DNA of 61,403 nt, counting the filler, from Sphacelaria rigidula (Eukaryota): assembly GCA_964200075.2 (NCBI GenBank). It is 7 parts of 7 records of this genome, joined end to end, with 100 filler letters (N's around TTAATTAATTAA, not from the genome) between each part and the next. Parts side by side here need not be neighbours in the genome. Positions count along the whole stretch, not along the records: positions 8,789 to 17,474 come from CAXNAA020010379.1; positions 17,575 to 26,260 come from CAXNAA020010380.1; 5 more parts are not named here. The stretch is one strand, 5' to 3'. Every line of letters starts with the position of its first letter. The stretch's first letter is position 1. A model generated the notes under the pieces. It did not search any database, was not told where the DNA came from, and saw only the letters and a program-made list of their open reading frames with translations. Of the stretch, positions 12,401 to 24,899 are shown in pieces. The position numbers and the translations under genes were made by a program.

Positions 12401-13082
12401 TAATTCTCAGATTCGTTGACCCAAAAAGGCACGATACATGACCGCGGAGTCGTAGAAGATAAAGCGCAACCTCTGCGCTTCTTGGCGTGCTCGGCGTCCA
12501 GCGCTGTAGGGAGCAAATATGGGAACAGGCACTGAATGATGTATTCGTGGCACATGATCCGGATCAGTTGATGATTGATTGGTTGATTGCCGCACTTTAT
12601 TGGGTCCCCAGGAGTCATGATCCAGCCGTGGTCATGATCCATGAGTTGAAACTGGAACAATTGGTGAAGAAGAGTGGAGAAAACAGAAAAGGTAAAACAG
12701 AGTAGATTCATGAAAGATAAGAATGAAAAAAAATAAGAGAAGAAAAAGGAAAGAAACACGAAATCTTACGGTACCTTACGATCAGTACAATATTAAAAAT
12801 GAAAAAAATATACATGTAGACGGATCATGGTCGGTCCGACGTTTGAAGTATGTTGCGGACAAGGTATGTAGTTCGCAGGTATACTGTAGATTCTCACGTA
12901 CTCACCCCCACACCCTGGAGTATGATCCACCGGAGTATAAGGCATACACTGGAATATGACTCAAACATATACGTACACCCTGAGCGTCCACGAGTGATCA
13001 GCGCCTTTCGGCGTACTGTCCTTTACAATATAACAGCATTTGAACGCGACTAAATCTATTTGTTATTCTCCACTGCTGTCAG

Positions 13083-13247
13083 GTGTACCGCCCGCGTTCT
13101 CCGGACGAAATGTGCGGCAACGCCCAGACCATAGCCGCCCTGTCGGCTTGGCTGGGCGAGTGGAAGCAGAAGAGGGGGCGTGGCGGCGCCGGGGATGGTG
13201 ACGCAGCTGGAACCCGGGGAAGCGACGATGGAGAGGACTCTGATGAG
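13083..13247 (+). CDS. ATAD5: ATAD5/Elg1-like gene, exon VYRPRSPDEMCGNAQTIAALSAWLGEWK
   Basis: CAG|GTG...GAG|GTGCAA, 55 codons. YxP...GN...L..WL..W pattern of RFC1-like large subunits. Confidence 0.88.
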
Positions 13248-13347
13248 GTGCAAGGATCGTGCTCCACCCGTCCGTCTAGTTGTTTATGCTGGTGTCGGTC
13301 GTTTTTTTGTACCGAGTGTGTGTATGTGTGTTTTTTTTTCTCCCTTT

Positions 13348-13701
13348 GCCCGGTGGCTCAGTTGGTGACCTCGAAACCTCCTGACGGTTGGGTCGTGGGT
13401 TTGAATCTCGGAGCGATCTGGGATTTTTTCTCATGCCCAACAGTGAAGAGCGACTTTGTAGTGGGTACACAAAATTCGACTTCACGGTCGACGAGGGAAA
13501 GAGACTGCTGACCCCCCCTCGCGATAAAAAGAAAACATGGAGGCAAGCTCCGCAGAACGAAGGTGGGGAACTGAAACAAACAAAACAGAAAATCTCCTGT
13601 GTTGGCCTTCCTCCTGTGTGACCCCGGCTAGTGCGCCCACATATACCGAAAGATGTAGACCGGCGGCCAGAATAAATGGGACGACAACACACAACACACA
13701 C
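13348..13701 (+). mobile_element. tRNA-derived SINE, family A (intronic)
   Basis: A box TGGCTCAGTTGG (13354-13365), B-box-like GGTTTGAATCT (13398-13408), AATAAA followed by a CA-rich tail. Second copy at 5591-5886. Confidence 0.75.
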
Positions 13702-13791
13702 CTTGTGAAGAAATATCCGTTCCTTCCGCTCTTTCTTTCTCCCCCTGTTTCCCCCCCGACTTTTCGTGTGCGACCCTGATAATAAAAACAG

Positions 13792-13901
13792 TGGGAGTAT
13801 CGGTTTGGTGCGGACTCGGGGAGCGAGGGAGACATGGGTCTGTGTAACATGGCCATGCTATGCGGACCGTCGGGCGTGGGTAAAACCAGCGCCGTTTACG
13901 G
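13792..13901 (+). CDS. ATAD5: ATAD5/Elg1-like gene, Walker A exon (LCNMAMLCGPSGVGKTSAVYG)
   Basis: AAACAG|TGG...GG|GTGAGT (phase 0-2). P-loop GPSGVGKT followed by AVY, as in ATAD5. Not in the supplied ORF track. Confidence 0.92.
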
Positions 13902-14920
13902 GTGAGTTTGTTTTGATGTCGTACCTCTGACGTCGATGCGAATACGTTTTTGGCTCCTCACCCTGTGACCTCCCGGTCTGATCCAGTCATGCTCACTTGA
14001 TAAAATGACTGCCGGACGTAGCTGCCCCATCTGGGAGGCCCTCGCTTTCAAGGGATTGGTTTTTGGTTTTCAACTGTTTGTGACCTCTTTCGGTTCCGGA
14101 CCTCCGTTCGGAAGAACTAGCTAATTGCTCGGAGGACGGCGTCCCCCCGTCGCCAATGCAGAAACATTCTGTATTTACTTGTCTTGACAAGATATAGGTC
14201 ATCCTGACTTTTTTTTCTCCGTCTCTCCCAAAACACTTGCTTGCATCTCAACGTGAAGGGACGAGATATCTCCCCAAAAGTGCAAAAAACGTCTCACCTT
14301 TGTACTCCCGTCTCATTTCGAAACACATGTAACCGACGGATCTTCGAAGTCGGCATTCGGCATCTAACCCCGAGGCTACATAAGCCGAGTAGTCCCCTCT
14401 CTGTTTTGCTCATGAAAACCACTCTTGGATGACAACATAATATACCTCGTATTCCGCGGCTGCGATGACCCATTGATTTTATGTTAGCAATGCAGTTTCT
14501 GTTTTTGCTTTCTTCCAATTCAACCAAGGATGCGCCAAAAAATATGTTCTCTACACCCATGTACCCCGCTGGGACCTCATGACGGGAGAGGGAGCGTGCT
14601 CCTTCGTTGCTTGCCTTAGTATTGAGGCCAATGACTACGCATCCCGTTCGAGACAGAGCACTGCTCCTTCTCCTAATAGAGACACCTCCAACATTTGGGC
14701 GCTCATTACCCGTCTTTCATACATTACACAGTGTAGTAGTGGGAGGGAGGGGGGGAGGGAGGGGGGGGGGGGGTCGTCCAAAACCGTTTTTTACCCTTGC
14801 CAAAAATTCCAAGTCACTGTCTGGCCTGTATTCCATATTGACCACCCTAGGACACGGGTTGTATCGCTTTCAATATTCGACGTATATCCTTGATTGAATC
14901 AAAACCGCCCACAAAAACAG

Positions 14921-15057
14921 GTGTGCCGGCGCTCTGGGGTACGAAGTGATCGAAGTGAACCCGTCTCAGCTCAGGTCGGGGGCAGCAATCAGGCGACTGT
15001 TCGGGGAGGCCGCTCAATCACATCACGTTTCGTCTACCGATGCCAATCCTCGACAAG
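14921..15057 (+). CDS. ATAD5: ATAD5/Elg1-like gene, exon CAGALGYEVIEVNPSQLRSGAAIRRLFGEAAQSHHV
   Basis: AAACAG|G...CAAG|GTGAGC (phase 2-1). The EVN.S..RSG...EA.QSH.V motif is characteristic of ATAD5/Elg1. Confidence 0.92.
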
Positions 15058-16137
15058 GTGAGCTCCTCTCACTCCGATTCCAACGTTATGCGCTTAACGC
15101 TTCGACAGCGAGCGTCGCCTCGGAACAGTTTCACAGGCTGACAGTGCGGGGACATCCGGAGGTTTCCAGCGACCCGTTTTTTTTTCAGGGGGGGGGGGGG
15201 GGGGGGGGGGCCTCTCNNNNNNNNNNGGTCTAGCGGTCAGGAAGCCGTGGGGGGGCTGGTGCTTTGGTTGTGTTCGAGGGGGGGGGGGGGGGGGGGAGGG
15301 GGGGGGTCTGTCCGCAGAGCAGCCGAAAAGCTCACCAAGTCAACCATGTGTGTTCGAAAGTTTCCCGCGGAAGATTCTAAGCTAGGAACGAGACCCGAGA
15401 GGCGCGGAATGATCACTCTGATCAACCACTGCCGTCAAAAAGAGTACGTAGTTCCCCCGCAGGTGGACTACAGGTGGACAGACGACTTCACTGTCTACTG
15501 GTATTTCTCATTTTGGTCATGATGATTCAACCATAGATGACATGGGTACAACTAGCTTGTTTTGTACTCTGCTGGAGGTCTGTGCCGCCTGTCTGACGCC
15601 TCATGTGTTGCCAGCATAGCTTCAACACTGTCTGTAGCGCTGTTGTTGGAACACTATTATAAGCTGAGGCATCAGCAGCATGCAGTAAAATATGTTGAGT
15701 GGAGAGCGATGGCACGCTGACTGTTTCTCTCGCCGTGGTATCCAGCGGAGACATACCGCCACACAACATTCTGACTCTGTACGCTTTTGACTGCACGGTC
15801 AAAACCGGTCCGGGGTTCCCCATGTAATAACTGTTTTCTATATAGATGCTCACCATCCACATGATGATAAAGTGAGGCGTTTTCTGATACTTTTATGTTC
15901 TCAAAATCTACGCGTTCCCCTGAGAACGGGCCACGGCCCGCATGCACCACCCGCATACGACAAACCACGTCTTGCCCTCCCCCAACGTACGTTGGTTTTC
16001 AGTCAGTCACCTAGAATCACTATGGACCAGAAGGTTATTTACTAGACGCCCGACTAGACCCACCGCGATGCTTGCCCTCGACCCCCCTGAAGCCCGAACC
16101 TCGAACCCTGACGCACTCGCGCAACCTCTCATTCCAG

Positions 16138-16418
16138 CAGGAGGTGCCGATCTCGCAGCAGGCAGCCTGAGTGGACTATGCCGATCAGCCGGCAGCGGAG
16201 ACGGCGGGGGAGGCGGTAGCGGAGGAAGAGGCAAAGGCAAAGGGAGGGGGGGAAAGGCGGGGGGGAAAGGAAGAGGTCAAGGACGGGCGGGAAGGGGGGG
16301 GCGCGGGGGTTCGCATGGGGCTGGAAGGCGGGACGGGCTCGGGAGTGAGGGTGTGGATGGCGCTGTGCAGGTCGTGAAGGCCGTGGCGAAGCCTAGCTTG
16401 ACTGTCATCTTGTTTGAG
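16138..16418 (+). CDS. ATAD5: ATAD5/Elg1-like gene, Gly/Arg-rich exon ending in the Walker B start (SLTVILFE)
   Basis: CAGCAG tandem acceptor (exon start 16138 or 16141, both in frame), donor GAG|GTCAGC. ILFE matches the ATAD5 ILFEEVD motif. The gene continues beyond the contig. Confidence 0.85.
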
Positions 16419-16455
16419 GTCAGCGTCGGGGGCGGGGTGGGGTGGGGGGGGTAAA

Positions 16456-16560
16456 CTCATGATCATGCATGCCATAGTCATCAGACCATTGACTTCGCAT
16501 CCCTTCAACGCCGGGACTGAGCACGCCGGGTTTTCGAGGGACCAGGCTCGCACTCAATCA
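16456..16560 (+). repeat. Dispersed repeat (GAGCACGCCGGGTTT...GGACCAGGCTCGCA)
   Basis: Reverse-complement homolog at 26580-26684; weaker traces near 8789 and 14630. Confidence 0.6.
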
Positions 16561-16873
16561 ACAAGCGCGCGCGCGGGGGGGGGGGTCTGTTATGTATCGA
16601 GGGCTTTTTGTGTTTGTTCTCTCCATTAAAATGGAGGTGAGGTGGTCGTTCAGAATGGTCCTTGGTTGACGCGGGGGGTGGGAGGGGGGGGCACGGTATC
16701 TACTCTCGCGAAGTTCCGGGTGAAAACATGTGTTGGTGAGGGTTTGTCATGAGTGCTACGCAGCATTGTCATTCACCATCTCGAACCAGACCATGAGAAA
16801 CATGACCCACCTTGACTTCAGGGTATCTACTTCTCACGCTTCCCACGACAGAGACCCGAAGAATAGAGTTTGA

Positions 16874-17155
16874 CAAGGTTTTGTTTTGCAGGGTAAGATT
16901 TTCTGTATTCCCGGGGTATTTTTTCCGGGTATTACGCGTACCCGACAGTTCTGTTAAGATCGGAAGGAAATATTTATCCTCACCTGGGGTATGGGCATCT
17001 TGTATAAATATCCGTGTGCGGGCAAGGGTTTCTATACAACTTCCTCACCCGTACCCGACAGGTTCTGTAAGTTCTGTGAGATTCTTCCCTACTGGTACCC
17101 GATGTTCTGTAAGTTTTAAGAAATGTGGTACCCTATCGAACGCAACCTGTACCCC
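16874..17155 (-). mobile_element. Fragment of a hAT-like non-autonomous element with internal ACAGAAC/GGGTAC repeats
   Basis: Reverse complement of the distal part of 31957-32575; begins with the terminus-like CAAGGTTTTGTTTTGCAGGG. Confidence 0.6.
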
Positions 17156-17474
17156 GTCATGCTGTCATGCTACGATGGGGGGGAGCGGGGTATATTGAAT
17201 CATTTCTTCCTCGACATTCCGCTTCAAATCGTTGTTGGAAGCAGCAATGGTTGTTCGAACGCGCTTGATACCAATATGACACTCAGCCGTACTGCATGAG
17301 ACCGTTTTCACCCAAGCACAGGGATACCGCGAGTGTTTTAGGTCGTCTGACATACTATGATATGAAAATGAGTCCTTTTTTTCATGCAATCAACCCCCCC
17401 GCCCCCCCCCCCCCTCCCCCCCCCAGCGGCGCCACCCCCGCACCCCTCCCCCCCCCTCGCCCCCCCGGCAAGCC

Positions 17475-17574
17475 NNNNNNNNNNNNNNNNNNNNNNNNNN
17501 NNNNNNNNNNNNNNNNNNTTAATTAATTAANNNNNNNNNNNNNNNNNNNNNNNNNNNNNNNNNNNNNNNNNNNN
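17475..17574. other. Artificial contig-joining linker
   Basis: 44N-TTAATTAATTAA-44N. Confidence 0.98.
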
Positions 17575-18014
17575 CGGGGAGCGGTTGATTCTCATTTCAA
17601 AATACGTTCTCATTTTTCTGGCAACCCTGTTGTATGCACACGAGCGCATGGTGGCGACAACAGCCTGTAGCCAAAGTAGCAACGTTATGTGAAGCCTCGC
17701 TAAACTTGCACGGGCTCGTGGCAGGTACTCGAGGCACGGAACATGATCCCATTGATGTAGTCATGGTAAGTGATGAGCTTGGGGGGGGGGGGGCGGCGCG
17801 TTCGCCATCTCAGCGGTCTTCATGCCAAGGATCTCTGTACACGGCAACTGACCGAATCCGCCAACGCCTCGGCTATAGACTAGGGGGCAGCAAGCTGGGT
17901 TTCCCGCACCCCCTCAAAAGCTGATTTTATTCTCGGTTCGGGCCTACGTGTCCCGAAATCGTTTTCGACAGATCCCTGAACAATTTATGAAAATATGAAC
18001 CCAGTTTCCCATAG

Positions 18015-18870
18015 TGTTCGAAAATGTCCCCGAAGTATGAAAAGACGTCTCGTTAATACCGGTCCCAACAAGCAACGTGGGACACCTATTATGACTGCCA
18101 TCCTCACCACAATGGACACGTCACCAAGTAACAGCGCTTGGCATCGCAGACAGGAGACATCACTGCCGCCGCCATGGATCAGCATTTCCGCCGCACCATG
18201 TTCGTTGTGTTGCGTGAAATATGATTTTGGGCGCACAGAAGACGTTGCCGCCATGGATACAAGCCCCCACAATTTGCCAGCCCTGCGTATGTTCAAGTGG
18301 AAGAAGACGGTGTGGACGATTCGTGGTCAACCGAGCAGCAGGAGGAGTACTTCACCTGGCCGCACTGCCGTTCCGTTAGAATTCGTGATATCGTCCACTA
18401 CCGTTCGTCGTAGGTGATACGGTCGTTGCCATGCGGCTTTGTCCTTGGGACAGCTAATGGCGTGTCCATTATTCCTCCGCGTTAGCCGCTTTATTTGCCT
18501 CGCCACTAATTTCTGGTCATCGAGGCCCCCATTCCCCAGCATGACTGCAGTGCAGTTTGGTGCAATACAGTGTTGCATAGCGTACGACACTGTATGCATG
18601 GTACGGTATGTTCATGGGAACGGCTACATTGAGTGAACATGCACATGTGCGGATAGATTAATGCTGACTCACGGGTACTGGTAGTCAAGTGTGTGTGACG
18701 ACAGTACCATCCTCGGGCGGGCTGCGACGCTGCCGCCTGCCCTCACTCCATATCTGATCCCTCTATCATATGATCGACTTCGTCAAGGCACTCTCGAATA
18801 ATACCAAAGATAAAAATATCTATCCTTCGCCACGGGCCGTCACGGGCCACGAAATACACTAGTGTTACAA
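18015..18870 (+). repeat. Possible 5' LTR/leader of the Copia element
   Basis: Starts TGTTCG and ends near TGTTACAAC, just before the gag-like frame. There is no second LTR and no clear PBS to confirm it. Confidence 0.3.
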
Positions 18871-19299
18871 CCGGGTGAGCAGAATGGAGGAACAAGGTGG
18901 TGAGCCTGCTACAGTAGTCGGTGAGCAGGGTGGTTTTGAGCAATTGGGGGAGGTGAATAGCCAGCTGGTTTCCATGACTGAGCTACTGCGTGATTTGCAC
19001 TTAAAGCAAGCTACATTCCAGAGTGACATACACGATATGAGGGTAGTAAGAGAGTCCGGGGGCGCAGAAACAACTGGCGTCTTCGATAGTAATGATTTCC
19101 ATAGTCAACATTGGGGAATCCAGGACAAACAGGACAGTAGAACGACACGGTGCCGGAGTTCGAAGAGATCGACGGTACATCGAGAGTCAAGCCGTTCCGG
19201 AAGAAGGAGAGCGCGACGCAGGGGACAACGAGACCACAAACGACGGAGCTAGGGGCTTTGTCCCCGCACGTGAGTCAATCTTAATAAACTATGCAAGTG

Positions 19300-20250
19300 G
19301 AAGTGTGTCAGGAGTTTCCGTTTTTCGACAGAACGTCCCGAAATATTCAGGGAAGAACGCTGATTCTGCTCGGTACAGACATGAGCTGATCAACTTCGCG
19401 AGGGGCGAAGGAATTGACTAGGTGTTTACCATGGTCGGCGATAGTTCGCACGACGTAGATGTCGGTGACCCTGAATGCGCACTGGGAAACCTAGAAACTA
19501 GATACGGGGATGACACAGTGGCGGCCCACGTGAGGGCGAGACGGATGCTTGTTGCCAGTTCAGAAGGAAAGAGAGAGCAAGATATTTTGCTCAGAGTCCA
19601 CTCACCTGGTGCGGTCTAGAGAAAACTCGTGGATGTCTTTCGCCCCGAAACAAGTGGGGCGAGAACCGTTTTGTTGGAACAATTCGATGGAGTCAAGATT
19701 GGTGTTTGTGACGATCCAGTGCAGAAGCTGCTCGAGATTGAGGAAATTGCACGAGACCTGAAGACATACGAGGAACATCAACTCCTAAGTGGAAACCATA
19801 TCCTCTTGAAATACCTTAATGCATTGCCTTACGAGTATCACGTTCAGAAGCAGTTGCTGGAGGATCAAGAGGGGCCGCTGACACGGGAGGTCGTGCTAAC
19901 CTCGGTTCGAAAGCGCTTCGAGTCGACCGCTTTGAAGCAGGAACTTGCCCAGGGAAAGGAGTTATCTCCGGGGGACCAGGCCCTTCTCGTCAGGGGTGGG
20001 ACCGGAAAACCGAGCGGTGTACACCGCAAGAGGAAACCAGGAAAACCCCCGGGCTGTGGGAAGAAAAATGGCGGGAGCCAGAGTTCTAGTAGGTCTGGGT
20101 CGGCATCGTTGGACGGCAAACCGGCTACTGCGAAGCTGCTCCGCTGCCACGTTTGCGACAAGGACACGACCCACCGCGCCAGGAACTGCCCGAAGAGATA
20201 GTGCGGGAGGTGCGACCAACAGAGGCACACGTTCTGCAACTATCCGAGAT
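19300..20250 (+). pseudogene. Copia Gag with two CCHC-type knuckles
   Basis: LNALPYEY segment, CHVCDKDTTHRARNC, then after an in-frame TAG a degenerate CGRCDQQRHTFCNY. Confidence 0.8.
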
Positions 20251-20436
20251 CGACAGCAAAGAAAGAAGATGTGGCGATGGCGATGGGTGCGGCAGACGAC
20301 AGCGACAGCTCCTCCATTTGCTTGATCGTGGACGGAGAGGCTTTCACCTCTTTCGACACCACCATCAACGTCGAAATAGACGAGTATGCATCGCGTGCTG
20401 GGGAGGGGGGTGATGAATAGCACGGTGAGGGCGGAC

Positions 20437-21720
20437 CGTGGGTATTTGATATGGAGGCTACCCAGCACTTCTCCCACGATCCCCATGGGATGACGGAGTA
20501 CAGAGCGTGTCAGGGTAGGGTACTACGGTGCGCGGGTGGTGGTGGTACTTACCCAATCGTTGGCAGAGAAAATTTGTATCTTGCCTTCAGATCTGACGGA
20601 CAGGATGTGATGGGTATTAACCGTGTACCTGATGTCCGTCATCACCTTTTGTCACTCACGAGGATCAATAACATGGGACACACCTACGCTGGCTGTCGTG
20701 CATATTTCAGGGTAGATCTCATTTCAGGCAATACACTGAAAATACCCGGACAACCACGTCAACTAAAAATGTACGCCCGCCGCCTCGACCAAAGTGGTCG
20801 TGACAAGTGTGCTTCGGCGTATGCTGTTATTGCCCCGGGGGCTTCGCCTAGCCCCCAGATCGCTGAATTGAACGAAATCCACTGTGCCCATGCCCACGTC
20901 CACGAGGACTTACTGCGAAAGGCGGCGAAGCAGCAGGGAAAGCAGCTGGTCGGGGAGCTGCAGCCCGGCCGCGGCTGCTCAGAGGCGAAGGGATTGCGAC
21001 GGCCGATTCCAAGATTGACGCACACAAGAGCAGCTAAGTCAGCGTCTAGGGTGTTTTTAGCTCTTTCCGGTCCAAAACCAGTCAAGTCTTACGGGGGAAA
21101 GTCGTACAAGATGATAGTCCGGGATGATCACTCACGGCACACGAAGCTGTATTTCCTCCGAAAGAAGGATGAGGCAGAGAGATACTTCGCGAAATACATC
21201 GCATGGATCTCTCCGAGAAAAATTGAGATAGTCCGTAGCGATGACGGGGTTGAATTCTCGGAGAGTACATTTGGTGAACTGTGCGACAGGGAAACATCAA
21301 GCCGGAAAAGACAATTGCCGACTCACCCCAGTTTAACGGCGTTGCAGAGCGAGCTTTGGGTATCAACGAAACAGCAGGCCTTGCGGCCAAGATCGAAGCA
21401 TCTGAGCTGTACCCAGATGAGTGTATCCCAAATTACGACAACCTGTGGGCTGAACAGGCAAACTGGGCGTGTCACTGTACCGCTACCTCGGCTGATCCAA
21501 ACTGCAAATCACCGCATGAGATGTGGTACGGATCACCACTAGACGGTGATTTCATTCCGTTTTTGAAGCCTGGGTTTCACAGGAGGAAGCGGACAAACAA
21601 ATTACAGCCGAAGGCCGGAAAATTCTGGTATTTGAGCCCGGCCCCAGGCTACCCACGTGACGCGATGCGAGGTTTGACTGTGCGAGGATGTATTACCGTA
21701 ATAAGACATGTAACATGGGC
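20437..21720 (+). pseudogene. Copia protease, gag-pre-integrase and integrase core (frameshifted)
   Basis: WVFDMEATQHFS (a DSGATxH-like site), HCAHAH zinc region, MIVRDDHSR, VRSDDGVEF, SPQFNGVAER, LWAE, SPHEMWYG. Confidence 0.88.
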
Positions 21721-22046
21721 AAGTACGTCCGCCGCCCTCTCTCGCGCACTACAGCAAGCGATCCAGACGCTGGGCGAGCCGAAGGATTCCAGAGTCGATC
21801 AAGGCCAGGTGAGCAAGGAAAGGATGGAAATCTCGACAGTGGACACTTCGTCCAGCGGTTCCTCAAGCGCATAGTCCTCCCCGCGGAGTTCCGTTGGCGG
21901 GGGGGGCGGAGCACCACCGCAGATCCCCGTCAGTAGTGAAGGGGGCGGAGTGCCTTCACCGTCCTCGCGAGGGGAGGAAGAAGGCGGGGTGATACCAGAG
22001 ATCCCTGTTCCAGATTTTCTCAACGGAGGGGATGAGGAGGAGCTGG

Positions 22047-22047
<1 letters not shown>

Positions 22048-22105
<58 letters not shown>

Positions 22106-22250
22106 ACGCCAACATCAGCGCCGACGCCGACACTAGCGCAGATGCCGACACCTAGGCCGACGCCGACTCCTACGCCGATGCCGACACCTACGCCGACGCC
22201 GACATCTACACCGACGCCGACATCTACGCCGCTCACATCGGTATCGAACA
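22048..22250 (+). repeat. (TCA)n microsatellite followed by ACGCCG-type hexamer repeats in the Copia IN-RT linker
   Basis: Pure TCA run at 22048-22104, then repeats encoding Thr-Pro. Confidence 0.9.
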
Positions 22251-22719
22251 CTCCCTCGTCGCCCGCACATTCACCTCCTTTCACGGATCCCTTGCAAGAC
22301 GGCGGGGGGGCGGCGACGCTCCTCAACTCCCGAGGACCGAGCAACGCCGTCTCACGTGGGCCGACGAGTTGCACCAAGGGCGGGGCGTGCGAAGAGCCAA
22401 GCGCGCAAGTCCATGGGGTCGGCACACACACAATGCGAAACACTGGTGGCTAGCGGAGCGGAGGAGAGCAGAAAGGAAGTGGAGGTAGCACTGGCGGGAA
22501 TGGCCGACGACAAATGCTCAACCGTGGAGATGATCACCGCTGCAGCAGGACAGATGGCAGGACAAGACGCGATTGCCTCGATCCAAAACGAGTTAGCCGA
22601 AAACGAGTTTTTTTGTTTTGTTGCTGAGGAAAACAGAGTAGGGCAGCCTAAAGTTGGTTTGCGTTCACCGCTTGGCCTACATGTAAGCGAAGTAGAGGCA
22701 ACACCCACCAGTATGGATG

Positions 22720-24249
22720 ACATAGCAAAATCAGAGTTTCGAGAGGCATGGTGAGGCGCGATGTAGGCCGAACAAGGAGGTCATGAAAAGGCTAGAATAT
22801 TCTCGGTTGGCCCTGTACCGGAAGGAGTAAACGTGATTTTAGCTAAGTGGGTTTTCAGTTGGAGAACTGACGCAAATGGTACTTAAACGAAGGCAAAGGC
22901 TAAGTTGGTAGCACGAGAATTCGGACAACGTTTCGCAGTCGACTATTTCGAGACTTTCGCGGCGACACCCTCCATGGCTTCCATCAAACTGGTCATGGCA
23001 GTGGCAGTTCAGGAAGAGTGGCCGCTGTACCACTTTGACCTAACACAGACTTTTGTTAAAGCGAAGATGGACACTGACGTGTACATGAGGTTGCCTGAAG
23101 GTTGCTCCGTTTTGACAGACATGACCGTTAACCTGGAAAATCTTTTGACGAGATAAAGCAAGCATGCAGGCAGTGGTCTCGTCTTCTGTGCTAAACTTTA
23201 CTGGAGGATATCGGGATGGTGCAGTGTGAGGCTGACGCTTGCGTTTCCAAGGTGGAGGATGCAGGAGACGTGCGTGTGATTTTAGTCGTCCATGTGGACG
23301 GCATACTGATCAGTGGTACCGAGGAAAATGTGCGAAAGGTGGGCAAAGTTCTGAACGACAAGTTCCTCACAAACAATTTCGGAGAGTTCATATGGTACAT
23401 GGGGTGTCCGGTTGATATAGACTGGGATGGAGGCACGCTGTTGGTGTCGCGAACTACGTTCATGGACACCCTCTCAAAGCGTTTTGAGGTGAAGGTATAG
23501 TCGGAAATCCCTGCCTCTGTTGCTGTAAAGTTGGGGACGACAACGGGTGAAGACGCAGTGGTGAATCGCCCATACCGTAACGCAGTGGGGGGGCTGATGT
23601 GGCTGGCAACAGTCACTAGACCTGACATAGGGAATTCAGTCCGGCGCTCGTTCGCCAATCACATGATCCGTGCAAGAGGCACTGGGAAGCCTTGGTAAAG
23701 GTGCTAAATTATCTAAATAAGATACATGAGTATGGGCTTACGTTCAAAAGAGATCATGACAGGCTTTCAGTTTACTGCGATGCAGATTACGCCAGGAAGG
23801 AAACAGATAGGTACTCGGTCTCAGGGGCAGCCGTGATGTACGGTGGTGTGGTAGTGTCGGCAACGAGCCGCACGCAACACCGTGTGACTTTGTCAACCAC
23901 GGAGGCAGAGTATGTCGCAATGGCTGAGGTGGTAAAGGAGGGAATATTTGTAAAGGCAGTGTTGAGGTTCCTGGGATCTCAGACTGTGTCGGGATGTGGG
24001 GAGGACCACGGTATTGTTTTGTACGAAGACAACGAGGGAGCGAAGGCTCTGGCCAAAAATCTCCTGAGTTCCGAAAGGAGTAAGCACATAGACGTGAGGT
24101 ATCACTTCATTCGAGAGCTGGTGGGGATGGGAAAGATCAGGGTTGTACATGTAGATTCAGGATGGCAGCATGCTGATATTCTGATGAAGCCTCTCTCGAT
24201 CAACCTGTTTTGCGACGCACATACGGTTTTTGATGCACTTGGAAGGTGA
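22720..24249 (+). pseudogene. Copia reverse transcriptase and RNase H (disrupted)
   Basis: RT motifs with stops. RNase H motifs YCDADYA, RYSVSG, LSTTEAEYVAM, LYEDNEGA, RSKHIDVRYHFIRE, QHADILMKPL. Confidence 0.93.
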
Positions 24250-24899
24250 CAAGTGGGTACGTTTTTGTGTGTACCCTTGTGCTAGCTCCGGGTATTTTCA
24301 GTTGTTTCAGCAAAAACCGCTGCGCCACCGCCGTAGGCACGCATCTTCAGTGGCGTAGGATAAGCACAGCATGCAGTGACTTCAAGGACATACGGGATTG
24401 ACCGAGAACCAGTTCGTTCTATTTTACACTCTCTGCCAGCAAATTTCATCATCACATGCGGGGTTATCGTTTGAGGTGAACAAATATTTTCCATATATGG
24501 AGACCAAAATATCATTGTGGCTGATGCTTCCATGAAAAAACGCATTTCGGGAAATCGCAAGAGGGGCAATCAATACGTCGCAGATGACAACAGTCGACAC
24601 AATAGCCCCGGTTGCAGAAGCGCCATGATACGGACAAAATAGTGTAGTACCTCTCTGGCTTGTTCATATCACTAGTTTGTTTTTACTACTGTCTCAATTG
24701 TTGTGGTTACCATGATCGCTGCTCAAGCACTGTGGTGACGGATCTTCTCAAGACGGGGCATGAAGTGAAATTCCCTACTTCAACCAAACATGCGGGATAT
24801 TCATCCAAGTGCAATACATTATTCAATGATTTGTACATACTCGCTCACCATTTATCGCAGGGCAAAGCAGTTCTACAGCACAAGGGATGATCAGTTTAA

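Larger units (their letters stand above)
18884..24249 (+). mobile_element. Decayed Ty1/Copia LTR retrotransposon internal region (gag-PR-IN-RT-RH)
   Basis: Domain order: Gag with zinc knuckles, protease, integrase, RT (VLAKWVF, KAKLVAREFGQRFAVDYFETFA, FDLTQTFVKA, VHVDG), RNase H. Many stops and frameshifts. Confidence 0.95.
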
